Origin: Vicugna vicugna
Taxonomy: Eukaryota
Length of the DNA: 64,000 nucleotides
Reading direction: 5' to 3'
Assembly: GCA_013265495.1 (NCBI GenBank)
Contig: MU058213.1
Location: 2,604,001 to 2,668,000, forward strand
Shown here: piece by piece, positions 14,253 to 26,195 of the stretch
Layout of the letters: the number at the start of each line of letters is the position of its first letter
Position numbering within the stretch: position 1 is the first letter of the stretch
The notes under the pieces: generated by a model
What the model saw: only the letters and a program-made list of their open reading frames with translations
What the model was told of the DNA's origin: nothing
Databases searched by the model: none
Made by a program: the position numbers and the translations under genes

Positions 14253-17200
14253 GTAAGTGACTAAGTAATTACTATCCAAATGGATTAGATTTCAGTTAAT
14301 GATAATCATTCCTTCAGTGCTGTTTCTCTCCTCTGTCTAAATCCACTGAACTTCAAGACTCGATCAAAGCATCACCTCCTCCGAAAAGTCTTCCATGACC
14401 TTGCAATTTCTATAGTGATGTCTTGCTGTTTATAACTCTGTGTCCTTCAGGTGGTCAGTGCTTACAACACCGTGCTCTAAGTTGTGGTTTCCTTGCATAT
14501 TTCCCTATTTACTGGACATTTCTTAACAGAAACCATACTGATTCCCATTTGCAATTTTATTCTTTATAGCTTAACAGTTGGCTAGTGAAAGAATAGGATG
14601 AGGAAGGAGAGCAGAGAGAAAATCTTACGCACATCCTAAGTATGTGCTGTGTTCTTGCCGTGCGTGTCAACGTGGCTTCACTACCAGAGAACTGAACTCT
14701 TAGCCCCATAACCAGATTGAGTCAGGATTCCAGGTTTTAGAACTATTAGGGCAATTAGCCCACAGGAAATACACATCTATGTTTTTAATATTCTTTAAAT
14801 GAACTTCCCTTGTATCTGGTGTGGTTTTAAAGAAAGAGAATTTCTTCCTAGAGAAACTTCATTGGTCCTATAGGAAAAAGCCATCATCTCACCATCAAAA
14901 TTAAGAGAGAGAGAGGAAGACAAACCCACCTTTGAAGAGGTTCATTAATTTTATACAGAATTTGCTTTAAATATTAGTTCAATAAATGTTGACTTATGTT
15001 AAACCATGTGTTCAGTTCTCAAATAAGACTGAAATTTACACTTATGAAGAGAGCTAGTTATCTCTTTAAATCTCACTCATCACTTATTGTATTTTTGAAG
15101 GACATATGCTTAACCAACTTGTATTCATTAGTTTTGCCACTCTGATTAGTCTGAAAGACTAAAAAGAAAAAGACACCAAAAGTATTTTTTTCTCAAACAC
15201 GGGAATGAGGCAAAGCAAAGAAAAATCCCACACTTGGCCTTTTTTCCCCAGTAGCAGAGGTGTGTTGTCATAACAGAGCCCTTTCTCCCAGATGTAGGCT
15301 TGATACACTGAGCTTAGGGTCGTAGCTCTGCCTTCTGCTTTGTGTTGTTAATGAACCTGGATGATCCTGCTTCCTTGGCCTAGATGTTAATAAGCAATCT
15401 GAAGGTTTTGCTACTTGGGAGTTGGAGAGGCAGACAGTGTCCTTAGGATCTGGGGACTCAGTGGCTCTGACTTGAGGTGACACTTAGAGGCTTACCTCTT
15501 TATTCTGGTTGTGAATTACCATGTGGTTAGCAGAAAGGCTGTTGCCTTCATTTATGAAGGCAAAAACAGATCATTTAGCAAAGTTAAGGGGAGAGGAAAG
15601 GGGTCAGACACTAGAATATAAATAGAAAAAGGATATTCAGATGGCTTTCTGTAATATATCCAAGTCATCCTCCTGAACAAGTACGTTTTAATTTGTTCTG
15701 CCTGAGTCGGGGGTATATTCACAAAGGCTGAAATACGTGTGATTTGAAAACCTCTGAGCAAACTTCAGCTATGAAATAAGGAGCGATGTTCTTAGGAGGG
15801 CATTTGAATGAAGTCAGCTATTTTAATCTAAGTTTTGAAACTCCTGGTTACCCTGTATGTATTTGTTCGTTATTTTTAAAATACAGCTCAAAGAGAGCTA
15901 GGAATATTGGAATAAACAGCCCACGTGTCATGCCTTCCATATAAAAAGAATAATTATTGTATCCTCGTTGCCATGGGTTTATTTCCCACACCACCAACCA
16001 GGTCTACATCACACAGACACAGGGTGGGTGGGAAGTCCACCATGATCAATGTGATCAAGCTGTGAAGTCGAACTGGATAATTTTAGCCTGAATCCATCCT
16101 TCTTACACTCTAAATTAGCAGTCTAGAATTTTAAAATTAAGTGCATAATTAATTGCCCCAAATCCCTTTCATCTGCTGTTATTAAAACCCACAATTAAAT
16201 TATTCTACTTTATGTAGCTGAAGGATGATTTTTCAGGAAAGCTGGGCAGAGCCAAAGCAAACATCTGAAGCCCGGGTTCCTGATACACTCACAGGGCAAC
16301 TACCTGGGAACTGAGCCTCACTGACAAAACCTCAGGGTTATCTTAAAGATGTTCTTAAAATTTTCAAAACCTGCACCGCTTAGCTTTCTGCTTATGCACA
16401 TATTTTGCAGTTTTAATGATAGCTTTGGTGCTAGCAGCTGGCTGAATTAAGTAAAGAAAAAATTTAGGAACGTTTCATAGAAATTATTCTGTTTGTGTTT
16501 GGCTTCTTGAGTGCTCACGGACTCTGGCATTATTAAGTGGTCTTGATGATTAGTAAAAACTTTCCACCAAGAAAAAATGGATAGAAAAGAAGACTTTCTA
16601 GGTGGATTTGCCAAAAACTGGCAGACAGAAGTGATTTTTAGATGAAATGCAGGTGTTGCTTCACCCGGGATTAATGCTAAGGTTGGAATGGCACCGTATC
16701 TTAGTCTCCAGTAGTCCTTCCTCCACATGCCTGATCCCACACACACAGCTGGCTTCTGGGGGGTGCCTACCAGACGGGTCTGTTATAGGAACCTGTTTGC
16801 ACATTTTTGGATCATGGATATCATACTTTCTGCTTGGTCTGTCTTCCCCCTAGTACACTGATTTGAGAATCAGTCCAAAGAAAAGTAGCTATTTCACAGG
16901 TGAGTATTACTACAGTCAGCAGGGTCACTGATGCCTCAGAGGGAAACCCCCTCATTCAGATGTTCCAACGTTATTTACTTTTCTATTGTCCCAAGTATCT
17001 GCCACCACTGCCCCTCAGTAAGTACACCCACCACCACCACCCCCTTGTCACCTTCTGCACTATCCCCACAGCCACTCCCCTTCTGTCACCCTACCCTACA
17101 GCCACTCCCCGATAAAAGTCCAACGGCAGATCCAACCAGAAAAAAGCCCAGTGGTCAGACACTCAGCCTCCTTGAAACCTAAGCCTGAAACAGGATATTC

Positions 17201-18294
17201 TGGCCAGTGAGAGAACTATGCAGAGCCAAGGAATCAGCCACCTCCACAGGGCAAACTGAGACCCAAGCATCAAGGAGCCGGATACGGAGGGGCAGGAATG
17301 GTGGTATCACCAGTGAGGACAGCCACAGAGAAGTCAGGAGCCAAAGATGGAAACAGGCAAAACATGACGTAGAAGAAGAATCAGGCCTTGACGGTATGCT
17401 CAAAAACAGGGACCAGTATATTTATAAACCTGCTACACTGGGAACAAGAAAAACACCCAAGCTGTGATAATTTAAAATACATCAGGGATTTCTCATATTA
17501 GGTAGCAAAACCAAAACCTAGAAAAATTAAATATTTTACAACAGACTAAAATATCTTCTTAATGTCAATTTGAAAATAAAAGGTCTCCTATGTGCCTTAA
17601 GAACAAGGAATTTTCTGGTTTGTTCATTGATGCATCCTCAGCCCTTCTAACTGAGACTGGCACACAGGAAGTACTAATTAAACATTTGTAGCATGCAGGC
17701 ATGCACTGATAATTATATTCTTTCTATTTAATGAATAATGAAAGCATTATATAGTGATACTTCCTAAACTTCTGTATAAAGTAGGAGGAATTAATGCACT
17801 TGGATCCTTCTCAGATAACATGTTCTGTGCAATCAGTGTGTGTGGAGGAAGAAGAGGAAGGGGACTGACTTGGCTGCAGCACTGAAATGAACTCCTTCCT
17901 TCTCACTGTTCCCGTGATGTGATCATTTCACAAATTTTCATTTACCCCCATTCTCCTCCATAGCTTTTTTCTTGCCAGCCTGCACATATATTCTACTTAC
18001 CCCTGTTGTTGGAAGTATGAAAGTTAACAGACCACATGGAGGGATGGTGGCGAGGCAAAGTGGCTCTCTATTTAAATCTCTTACTATTGGATGCTGCTTA
18101 GGTAAGAACCACCAAAACTGGTGTAGAGGATGTGAAGAATGAACACAGTAATACTGAGGGTTACTCTCCACAGGTTGGGTTAAGTCTTTGGAGTGGTGAG
18201 GCAGAGTGGGGGTGGGCAGAACAAGGATGGTCCATTGGTACATGCAGCCAGTGCTTCCTAAGGATCTCATGCTGTGGATGTGCAGCACTGGAGG

Positions 18295-19410
18295 AAAAAA
18301 AGGTCCTTCCCTCATAGAACTTACATTCTATTGGACCAGCAGCCAGAAAAATAAACAAAAACTATATAACGTGTCAAATAATGAAGAATGTGATCAAGAA
18401 CTGTGTGGAAATGGAGAAGGATAGGAATGTCATTTCAGGTTGAGGGTTTAGTAAAGACTTTTCTGAGGAGGTGACCTTTGGCTTATGACTGTAATAAGTA
18501 AGGGATGGAGACACCCATGAGAAACTGCATGGAGGAGAAGACGTAATAGTGGCCATGAGATAAGTGTCCTCAGAGAATTCTAAGAACACCAAGAAGATGA
18601 CTGTGGCTGGACTGCAATGAAGTGGAGGGAAGAATGGTGAGAAATGACATCAGAGAGGTTTCCAAGGCCAAAATATACTGGCATGTAACTAAGTCCATGA
18701 AATACATTCTAGGTTTTGTTTTAAGTGGATCTCAAAGCCATTGAAGATTTTCAGCAAGAGAGGAGCATGATCTGGTTTCTATCTTAAAAGACATCTGTAG
18801 AGTGTTGAACAGAGAGACAATGTAGGAAATTATTGCACAAGTTGAGGTTAAAGGTAATAGTGGGTTGGTCTGCAGTAGCTTTGTGGATCAGTAATAGATC
18901 CTCAAACTTAACATACTTTATAAAGGTTTGCTGATAGATTAGATGTTGAGTATGAGAAGAATTCATTAGACTTTTAAGTAAAAGGGTACATAGGTAGTCT
19001 AATGGTCTGGATTTCAGAGTAGAAATCACGTCTGTAGATGTGTATTTGGTCAACCATGAGACTAGATATGGTTGCCAAGGAAGTGATTTATGATGGTAAA
19101 GTGGAGTGGTCCAAAGATGGAGCCTAGATGTAGGACTGCCAATGTAGGGTTGCCAGATAAAATATAGCATGTGCCCAATTAAATTTTAACTTCAGATAAA
19201 AATGTACAATGTTTACTTAACTTTGTCTCAAGTTTACACTAAAAAATATTCACTATCTGAAATTAAAATTGCCTGGGCATCCTGAGTTTTAATTTGCTAA
19301 GTCTGGCAACCCTATTCCAATGGTTAGAAGTTAAGACAATTGAGAAGGAGCAGCCAGTGAAGTTGGAAAGCCAAGAGGGTGTGGAGTCCCAGAAGCCAAG
19401 TGAAGAGGCT
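18295..19410 (-). mobile_element. LINE-2 fragment
   Basis: ccctcatagaacttacattcta, tctgaggaggtgacctttg, catgatctggttt, gagaaggagcagccagtga, gtcccagaagccaagtgaaga are L2 minus-strand hallmarks. Confidence 0.75.
19145..19314. mobile_element. hAT-type MITE (MER53-like) inserted in an L2
   Basis: Perfect 13-bp TIRs tagggttgccaga / tctggcaacccta. 8-bp TSD tgccaatg / ttccaatg (7/8). Confidence 0.88.
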
Positions 19411-19734
19411 GTACCCAGACAGTCAGTTTTCCAAACAATGCTCAGAAAAACATCTCAGTGATTACTGTAAGAGATGAGGCCAAATGAACCCCTAACTCAA
19501 ATTAACTCAACCTGAAAAGCATCATTTTTATCTACTTTACACATAAGGATTCCAGGTAAGCTTCCATTGCAACACAACTTTTGCAGCTGAACAGTAAATT
19601 TGAAAACTAATGAGCAAAGGAAATCACACCACTGGAAACAGATCCAACTCCTAGGGGGCTGAATTTAACAGACACAGGCAAAGGAAGGCACACATGTTTG
19701 CTTTTATTTTAGAATTTTTATTCCTTATTTTTAG

Positions 19735-19884
19735 TTTCCAGCTTATCATTGAAGAGTGCATAAAACAGATGAGTTTTGAACTAAATCAGATGAGAGCCAA
19801 TGGAAATACCACATCTAATAAGAACAGTGCTGCAATGGACGCAGAGGTGGTATTAAGACCACTCATGGACTTCTTGGACAAGAC
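19735..19884 (+). CDS. UNC13C: UNC13C exon C: (S)[49 protein letters not shown](T)
   Basis: Acceptor ttatttttag|ttt, donor gac|gtaagt; 150 nt, phase 2-2. [20 protein letters not shown] matches UNC13C rather than UNC13A/B as I recall them. Confidence 0.95.
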
Positions 19885-20640
19885 GTAAGTATTCTGCCCA
19901 GTTTTCTCTTTACTCACTACCCTAAATTTGACTGATACGGATTTGAGAGGGAAAAAGGTTTTCTACTATGTAGGATGGCTTTAAAAGAGCTGCAGAAATA
20001 GATCAATTCATTAAAAGAAGCAAAATGCTTAACTAATTACTAGATGGGAAAAGAGAGGGACTGACTATGGAAAAGGAAAACTGGAGAGAAAATAAATATT
20101 GCTAATTAAGGAGGTTGCTCTTCTGAGGCAGAGAGAGATTTAAGATTTCATTGTTCTCAGATAACTTCTTGGACATACAGAAAAACTGAGCTAAGTCCAG
20201 AATATCTAAGTTCATGTCAAAAACCTGCTGAAGAAGACAATGGCAAAATGTGACCAGAATTAATTCAGCTCAGAGGCAAGCAGATTGCTGCCCCACTCCC
20301 CCTTCAGTAACTTATTTACTGAGTATCCATCTGTATCAAACTCTAGTCTGAGCCCTGGACAGTGATAACACAGTCAGAGTCCCAGACTCCATGGAAATTA
20401 CAGTCCAGTAGTGGTGGGAGTGGGTGGCATGGAGGCCTTGATGACCAAGTAAGACGGTGTTCTTAACCAAAAAGTTTTGTTTGTTTACACCTCTCTTCAT
20501 TCTTCCTCTTAGAAATACTAAATTTCTAAGTTATGAGTAGGGTCCAGACACCTATGTTTCAAAATGTGTCCACAATAGGGAACCATTGATCTAAATCAAG
20601 AGGTATGATTTCTTAAATAGTGACACTTAAAACCAGAACT

Positions 20641-22490
20641 AATCTGACCAAGGAGGTAAAAGATTTACACATGGAGAACTACAGAACATTGATTAAGGAA
20701 ATTAAAGATGACTTAAAGAAATGGAAAGATAGCCCATGCTCTTTGGAAGAATCAATATCACTAAAATGGCCATACTGCTCAAGGCCATGTACAGATTAAA
20801 TGTGACCCCTATCAAATCACCCAGGACATTTTTCACAGAACTAGAACAAACAACCCTACAATTTATATGGAATCACAAAAGAGCCAGAATTGCAAAAGCA
20901 ATACTGAAGAAAAAGAATGATGCTGGACAAATGTCCCTCCCAGACTTCAGATGATACTATAGAGCTAGTAAGTAATCAAGACAGCATGGTATTGGCATAA
21001 AAACAGATATACAGATCAATGGAACAGAACAGAGTGGCCAGAAGTAAACCCACAAACTTTTGGTCAATTAATCTTCGACAAAGGAGGCAAGAATATACAA
21101 TGGAGAAAAGACAGTCTCTTCAGCAAGTGGTGTTGGGAAAACTGGACAGCTGCATGTAAATCAATGAACTTAGAACACACCCTCACTCCATACACAAAAG
21201 TAAACTCAAAATGGTTTAAAGACTTAAATGTAAGACAAGACACTATAAATCTCCCAGAAGAAAATATAGGTAAAGCATTCTGACATAAATCTTAGCAATG
21301 TTCTCCTAGGACAGTCTTCCCAGGCAATAGAGGTAAGAGCAAAAATAAACAAATGGGACCTAATTAAATGTATAAGCTTTTGTACAGCAAAGGAAGCCAT
21401 AAGCAAACCAAATCAACAACCTATGGCATGGGAGAAAATATTTACAAATGATGCAACTGACAAAGGCTTAATGTCCAGAATATATAAACAGTTCATACAA
21501 CTTAATAAGAAAAAAAAAACTCAATCCATAAATGGGAAAAAGACCTAGACAAGCAATTCTCCAGTGAAAACTTACAAATGGCCAATAGGCACATGAAAAA
21601 ATGCTCAATATTGCTCATTATCAGAGAAATGCAAATCAAAACTACAAGGAGGTATCACCTCACACCAGTCAGAATGGCCATCATTCAAAAGGCCACGAAC
21701 ATGAAATGCTGGAGAGGATGTGGAGAAAAGAGAACCCTCCTACACTGTTGGTGGGGATGTAGTTTGGTGCAGCCATTATGGAAAACAGTATGGAGATTCC
21801 TCAAAAACCTAAAAATAGATTTACCATATGATCCAGTAATCCAACTTCTGGGTACATATCTGGAAGGAACTCTAATTTGAATAGATACATGCACCCCAAT
21901 GTTCACAGCAGCACTACAGACAATAGCCAAGACATGGAAGCAATCTAAACACCCATCAACAGATGACTGGATAAAGAAATTGTGATATATTTATACAATG
22001 GAATATACTACTCAGCCATAAAAAAGAATAAACTAATGCCATTTGCAGCAAGATAGATGGACCTAGAGATTGTCATTGTACGTGAAATAAGCCAGAAAAA
22101 GAAAGAAAAATACCATATGATATCACTCATATGTGGATTCTAAAAAAATTTTTAAAAAGGACACTATGAAGTCGTCCACAAAACAGAAACAGACTTACAG
22201 GCATAGTAAACAGTCTTATGGTTACCAGGGAAAGAGGGTGGGAAGGGATAAATTTGGGAGTTTGAGTTTACAGATGTTGGCCACTATATGTAAAAATAGA
22301 TTTTAAAAGAAGTTTCTGGTGTATAGCACAGGGAACTATGTTCCATATCTTGTAGTAACCTTTAATGAAAAAGAATATAAAAATGAATACCTGTATGTAT
22401 ATGCATGACTGGGACATTGTGCTGCACACCAGAAATTGACACACTGTAACTGACGGTACTTCAATAAGAAAGATAGAAAAAGAAAAATGA
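20641..22490 (+). mobile_element. 5'-truncated LINE-1 (3' about 1.85 kb), same broad family as the full-length copy
   Basis: Direct repeat taaaaccagaactaa at 20628-20642 and 22491-22505, with a tt/aaaa endonuclease site. ORF2 C-terminal peptides [16 protein letters not shown] and FFTELEQ. 3'UTR parallels 37680-37950. Confidence 0.93.
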
Positions 22491-25069
22491 TAAAACCAGA
22501 ACTAAAGATAGAAAAGCAAAAAATAATTTTGAATGCCTACCAACGGACCGGGGAGCTACTTGATAGTTTACATATATTACCCCATTTAATATTGTTGTGG
22601 CAAATTAGTTAGTACCAAAGAGACCAAGATAAATAAGAAGGATACAGTGCCTTTCTTTAAAGGTAAGGACAGCAAAGAAGCAATCAGTGAGGAGAACTTC
22701 TGCATGTATGTGTGACTTCTACTCTAATTCCATTTCCCTCTGCTTATAACCTTACTGCGTAAGTAAAACTAATGTTCTTACCACTTTAATTTCGGTATTT
22801 GGTAGAAAAGTTAAATCTTATTTTCTGCTCACTATGAGGAAATACCTGGAAGGTAGGTGAATAGGTAATTGGGTGGCTTGGCAGGAGGTAGGAAGGCAAG
22901 TGACGTAGAAGGAGAAAGTAGAAGAAAGGAAGGGAGAGAGAGAGGAAGCCTTCTTCATATCTTTAGTTTCTTAATGGAGACTCTTACCACCTGACTTCCT
23001 GTACAAGCCCTTGGAATTGCTGTCCTCTTATACAGCTGTTTTCTGTAGAACAGACAGAACTGAGTCACACCAACACACTACCATTAGGGTGTAAATGTGA
23101 TGTGAATGGAGAGCAGGACAGAGCAGTCCTGATCCTCGTAGAACTCCTACTGGAATGCCTTCTGCTTTTGGAGTAGAAGCCAGCAGTTTGAAGACATGTC
23201 GTTTATCATTAGCAAAATTATTTATTTTTGCACGTACTGTAACCAGAAGCTGTGGAACATACAGGAGGTTTGAAGTTATCCTCCTACTGCTGTCTACTCG
23301 TTGAGGGACCTTGACCCTACTTCACCATCTATAAAACAGAGCTAATCTACAAAGTGGATCGGCCCTTGTTTTCAGTACATTTAGATTCTTTTTTTACTCA
23401 GTCTTAATTTTCTAATTGTACTTTATTGTATCATCATATATGTAATTTCCTCTTAATTCTTAGCAGAAAGAGACAATATATAAAAATAGAAAAACGTCAG
23501 TGAGCTTTAAAAATTGATGAAAGAGATTTAAAATTTTTGGAGAGAGATTATATGAAGCATGGCTAGTTGTGGAAATTTTCAGGGTAATATAGAATGCATA
23601 ACCATAAAGCCACTTGTTAGGGCACATTTTGAAAAGCTAGGTATTAATTCTGTTCTCAAGAAGTTAACAGTTTAGAAAGAAAAAAAAATAAGAAAAGTAC
23701 AACAAACGAACACAGTAAGGTGTAAAATAATCTCCCGTTCAGATGATCAGGAGAAAGGTCAGTGGGGTTGGGTCTTCCTTAAACACAGGTAGGGTTTGGA
23801 TGTACAGTAATGAGGGGTGGGCACCCCACGGGGAGGGAAAACAGCCAGATAGATTTTCATGAAAATAGGATCCAGTGTGTGACAGGAACCGTCTATTGCC
23901 AGCTAGTAATTGTCTGGTTAATCGGTTGAGTGGTTAGCCAAAACACATAGAGCTCAAATTCCAAAATGTATGTTGTTCAGTCTGCATTATTAAGTGGGTT
24001 AATCCAAATTAAGGAAGCAGTAGCTAGATTGCCCCCTCTTTTCTGTTATTTAAAGAGGCCAAAAATCTTCAGGGTGGTTTTGAGACAATCCCCTTAAAAA
24101 TTCTTACATTATTTACGTATAGGCTCTCTCTGTGTAGCCTCCCTAAGTAAAACATCGTATTTAAACATCGTATTTCTTTATGCTTCATTTTCTCTGCCAA
24201 GATGTCATGACTCTGTAAAACAAGCTATAAAGTCCATCTGCAGCTAGCAGAAATCCCATGCTGAGCTGCAAACAGGTCAACGATTTTCTTCCTATTGGTT
24301 CCGTTCCAGTTTAAACAGGGTTAGTTAGCATGCGAAGGATGTGAGCCGGCCATAAAAACAAGATCAATTTTTAAGCCCAGACCTTTTGCAAATGGAAATT
24401 ACACATCTGCTGCAAAGCTGGCAGATTTGTTGTATCTCAGATCATCCTAGGAATTTCTCCAAGGAAAGGTTCTGCTGTCATGACCAGTCGCCTGGTTCCT
24501 ACCCTATGTCCATATAGTGAGAATCTACCAGCAAGCTAGGAATACCATGTTGGAACAATGGTTTCCAAAATCGTGGGGCTACAGATTCCCCAGCTATGCC
24601 TCAGGGGCCCCCACCTCTCCTCTTCATCCAGAGGAGGTCACTTTAGATCTCAGGTACGTATGCACAGCAACGTTAGGAGGAATACTTCTGTTTGGAAACG
24701 CGGTAGGATCTCTCTCTCTCTGCCCCTCACACATCATATGCCTTTCAAGTATTACTTACTTAAATGTTAACATCAATGATATGTATGTGAATATTTAAAA
24801 GTCAATCCTTTCTCTATTAGAACCAGGACCTAATTTATAATTTTAGTCCAGAAGTAAGAGTACTTAGCAGAAGTTTAGTATGAATTCATGAGGCTAGCCT
24901 GCAATATATGACCCACTTTGGGCCCTCTGGGATTAACTCTTATTAAAGGAGACGCAAAAGAGTTCAGTGTCATAGGCTACATCCCGCAGGTCTGTATGCA
25001 GCACTGTGCCTTTGTCCTGCTGGGTCTTCACACACAAGCGCGTTACCAAGGGCAGCATGGGGGCACGGG

Positions 25070-25230
25070 ATGACACACTGGATCTCAGTCCTCACTCACT
25101 AGCTTTACTTCCTTAGACAAGTTCCCCCACCTCTCTGAGCTGATTTTTGATTTCTAAAATGGACATACTAATAAGAAATATCTGCAGAAGAGATTTCTAA
25201 ACCAAAGTGTTACAGAAATGTTTGATGATG
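25070..25230 (+). mobile_element. MIR SINE (degraded)
   Basis: cactcactagct, ttagacaagtt, acctctctgagc, taaaatgg. Confidence 0.5.
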
Positions 25231-25299
25231 TTACCACCATTGTCTCACCATGAGAAGAATTTGTAAGAAATCCCTTAAGCCTATTAAAATCGGTAAAAT

Positions 25300-25645
25300 G
25301 GGAATCTAAAAAAACTGGACTCAGAGAAAGAACAAATTTATGGTTGCTGGAAACAGGTGAAGGGGATCAAAATGTACAAACTTCCAGTTATAAGATAAAT
25401 AAGTTCTGAGGCTGTAATGCACAGCATATATACAGTATATGTAGTAACTCTAGGTAACAATACTATATTGTATATCTGAAAACTGCTCAAAGTAGATCTT
25501 GAAAGTTATCACCAGACAAAAAATATTTACTGTGAGGTGATAGATTTAAACTAAACTTACCATAGTGATCGTTTCATAATAGGTACATGTATCAGATTAT
25601 TATCTTGTGCACCTTAAACTTACGTGGTGTTATAAATAAATAAGA
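25300..25645 (+). mobile_element. Older L1 3'-end fragment (L1MA-like)
   Basis: Typical L1M 3'UTR text: tacaaacttccagttataagataaataagttctgagg, aatactatattgtata, tgtgaggtgatagat, tgcaccttaaacttac. Confidence 0.75.
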
Positions 25646-26071
25646 TTGGTAAATTTTGGCTCTTGAGTGAAATTATATGTATATTTGCCATGTTGTTACA
25701 TTGGTCCAGTGCCAGGTCATTATGAAAATGTGTTTCTTTGGGGTTTAGCCTGGAGTAAATACAAGTCAGGAATGTAGGTCAAAACCACGTATTTTGCTAG
25801 CCTTGATGTCAATTTAGAAAGCAATTTAAGAAAACACATAACTTTGAATTTATTTTCTACCAAAGTGAATTATCTAATGTATATAATATGATTAAATCAA
25901 TTTTTGATATTAGGTATTTTTTTAGCAAATGAAATTGAGCATCTGAAATTTATAAAGGCCTATTCAGGTATTTGATTCTCAATATTGAAAAATGTGAATT
26001 TCTGATCAATGAAATAAGATAATACCTTGAGAAGAGACTTACAAGTGAGTATGTATTTTACTGTGTTTCAG

Positions 26072-26195
26072 ATTAAGTCTCTCAGCAAAAATCTGTGAGA
26101 AAACAGTCCTGAAGCGAGTGTTGAAAGAGCTATGGAAGCTAGTTCTTAACAAAATAGAAAAACAAATTGTTCTCCCTCCTCTGACAGATCAAACA
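26072..26195 (+). CDS. UNC13C: UNC13C exon D: (T)[41 protein letters not shown]
   Basis: Acceptor tgtgtttcag|att, donor aca|gtaagt; 124 nt, phase 2-0. Contains the hallmark Munc13 MHD2 motif [15 protein letters not shown]. Confidence 0.96.

Noticed and set aside
17115..17470. Purine-rich stretch with an 86-aa ORF, possible retrocopy
   Set aside because: No recognisable protein, poly-A tail or TSD.
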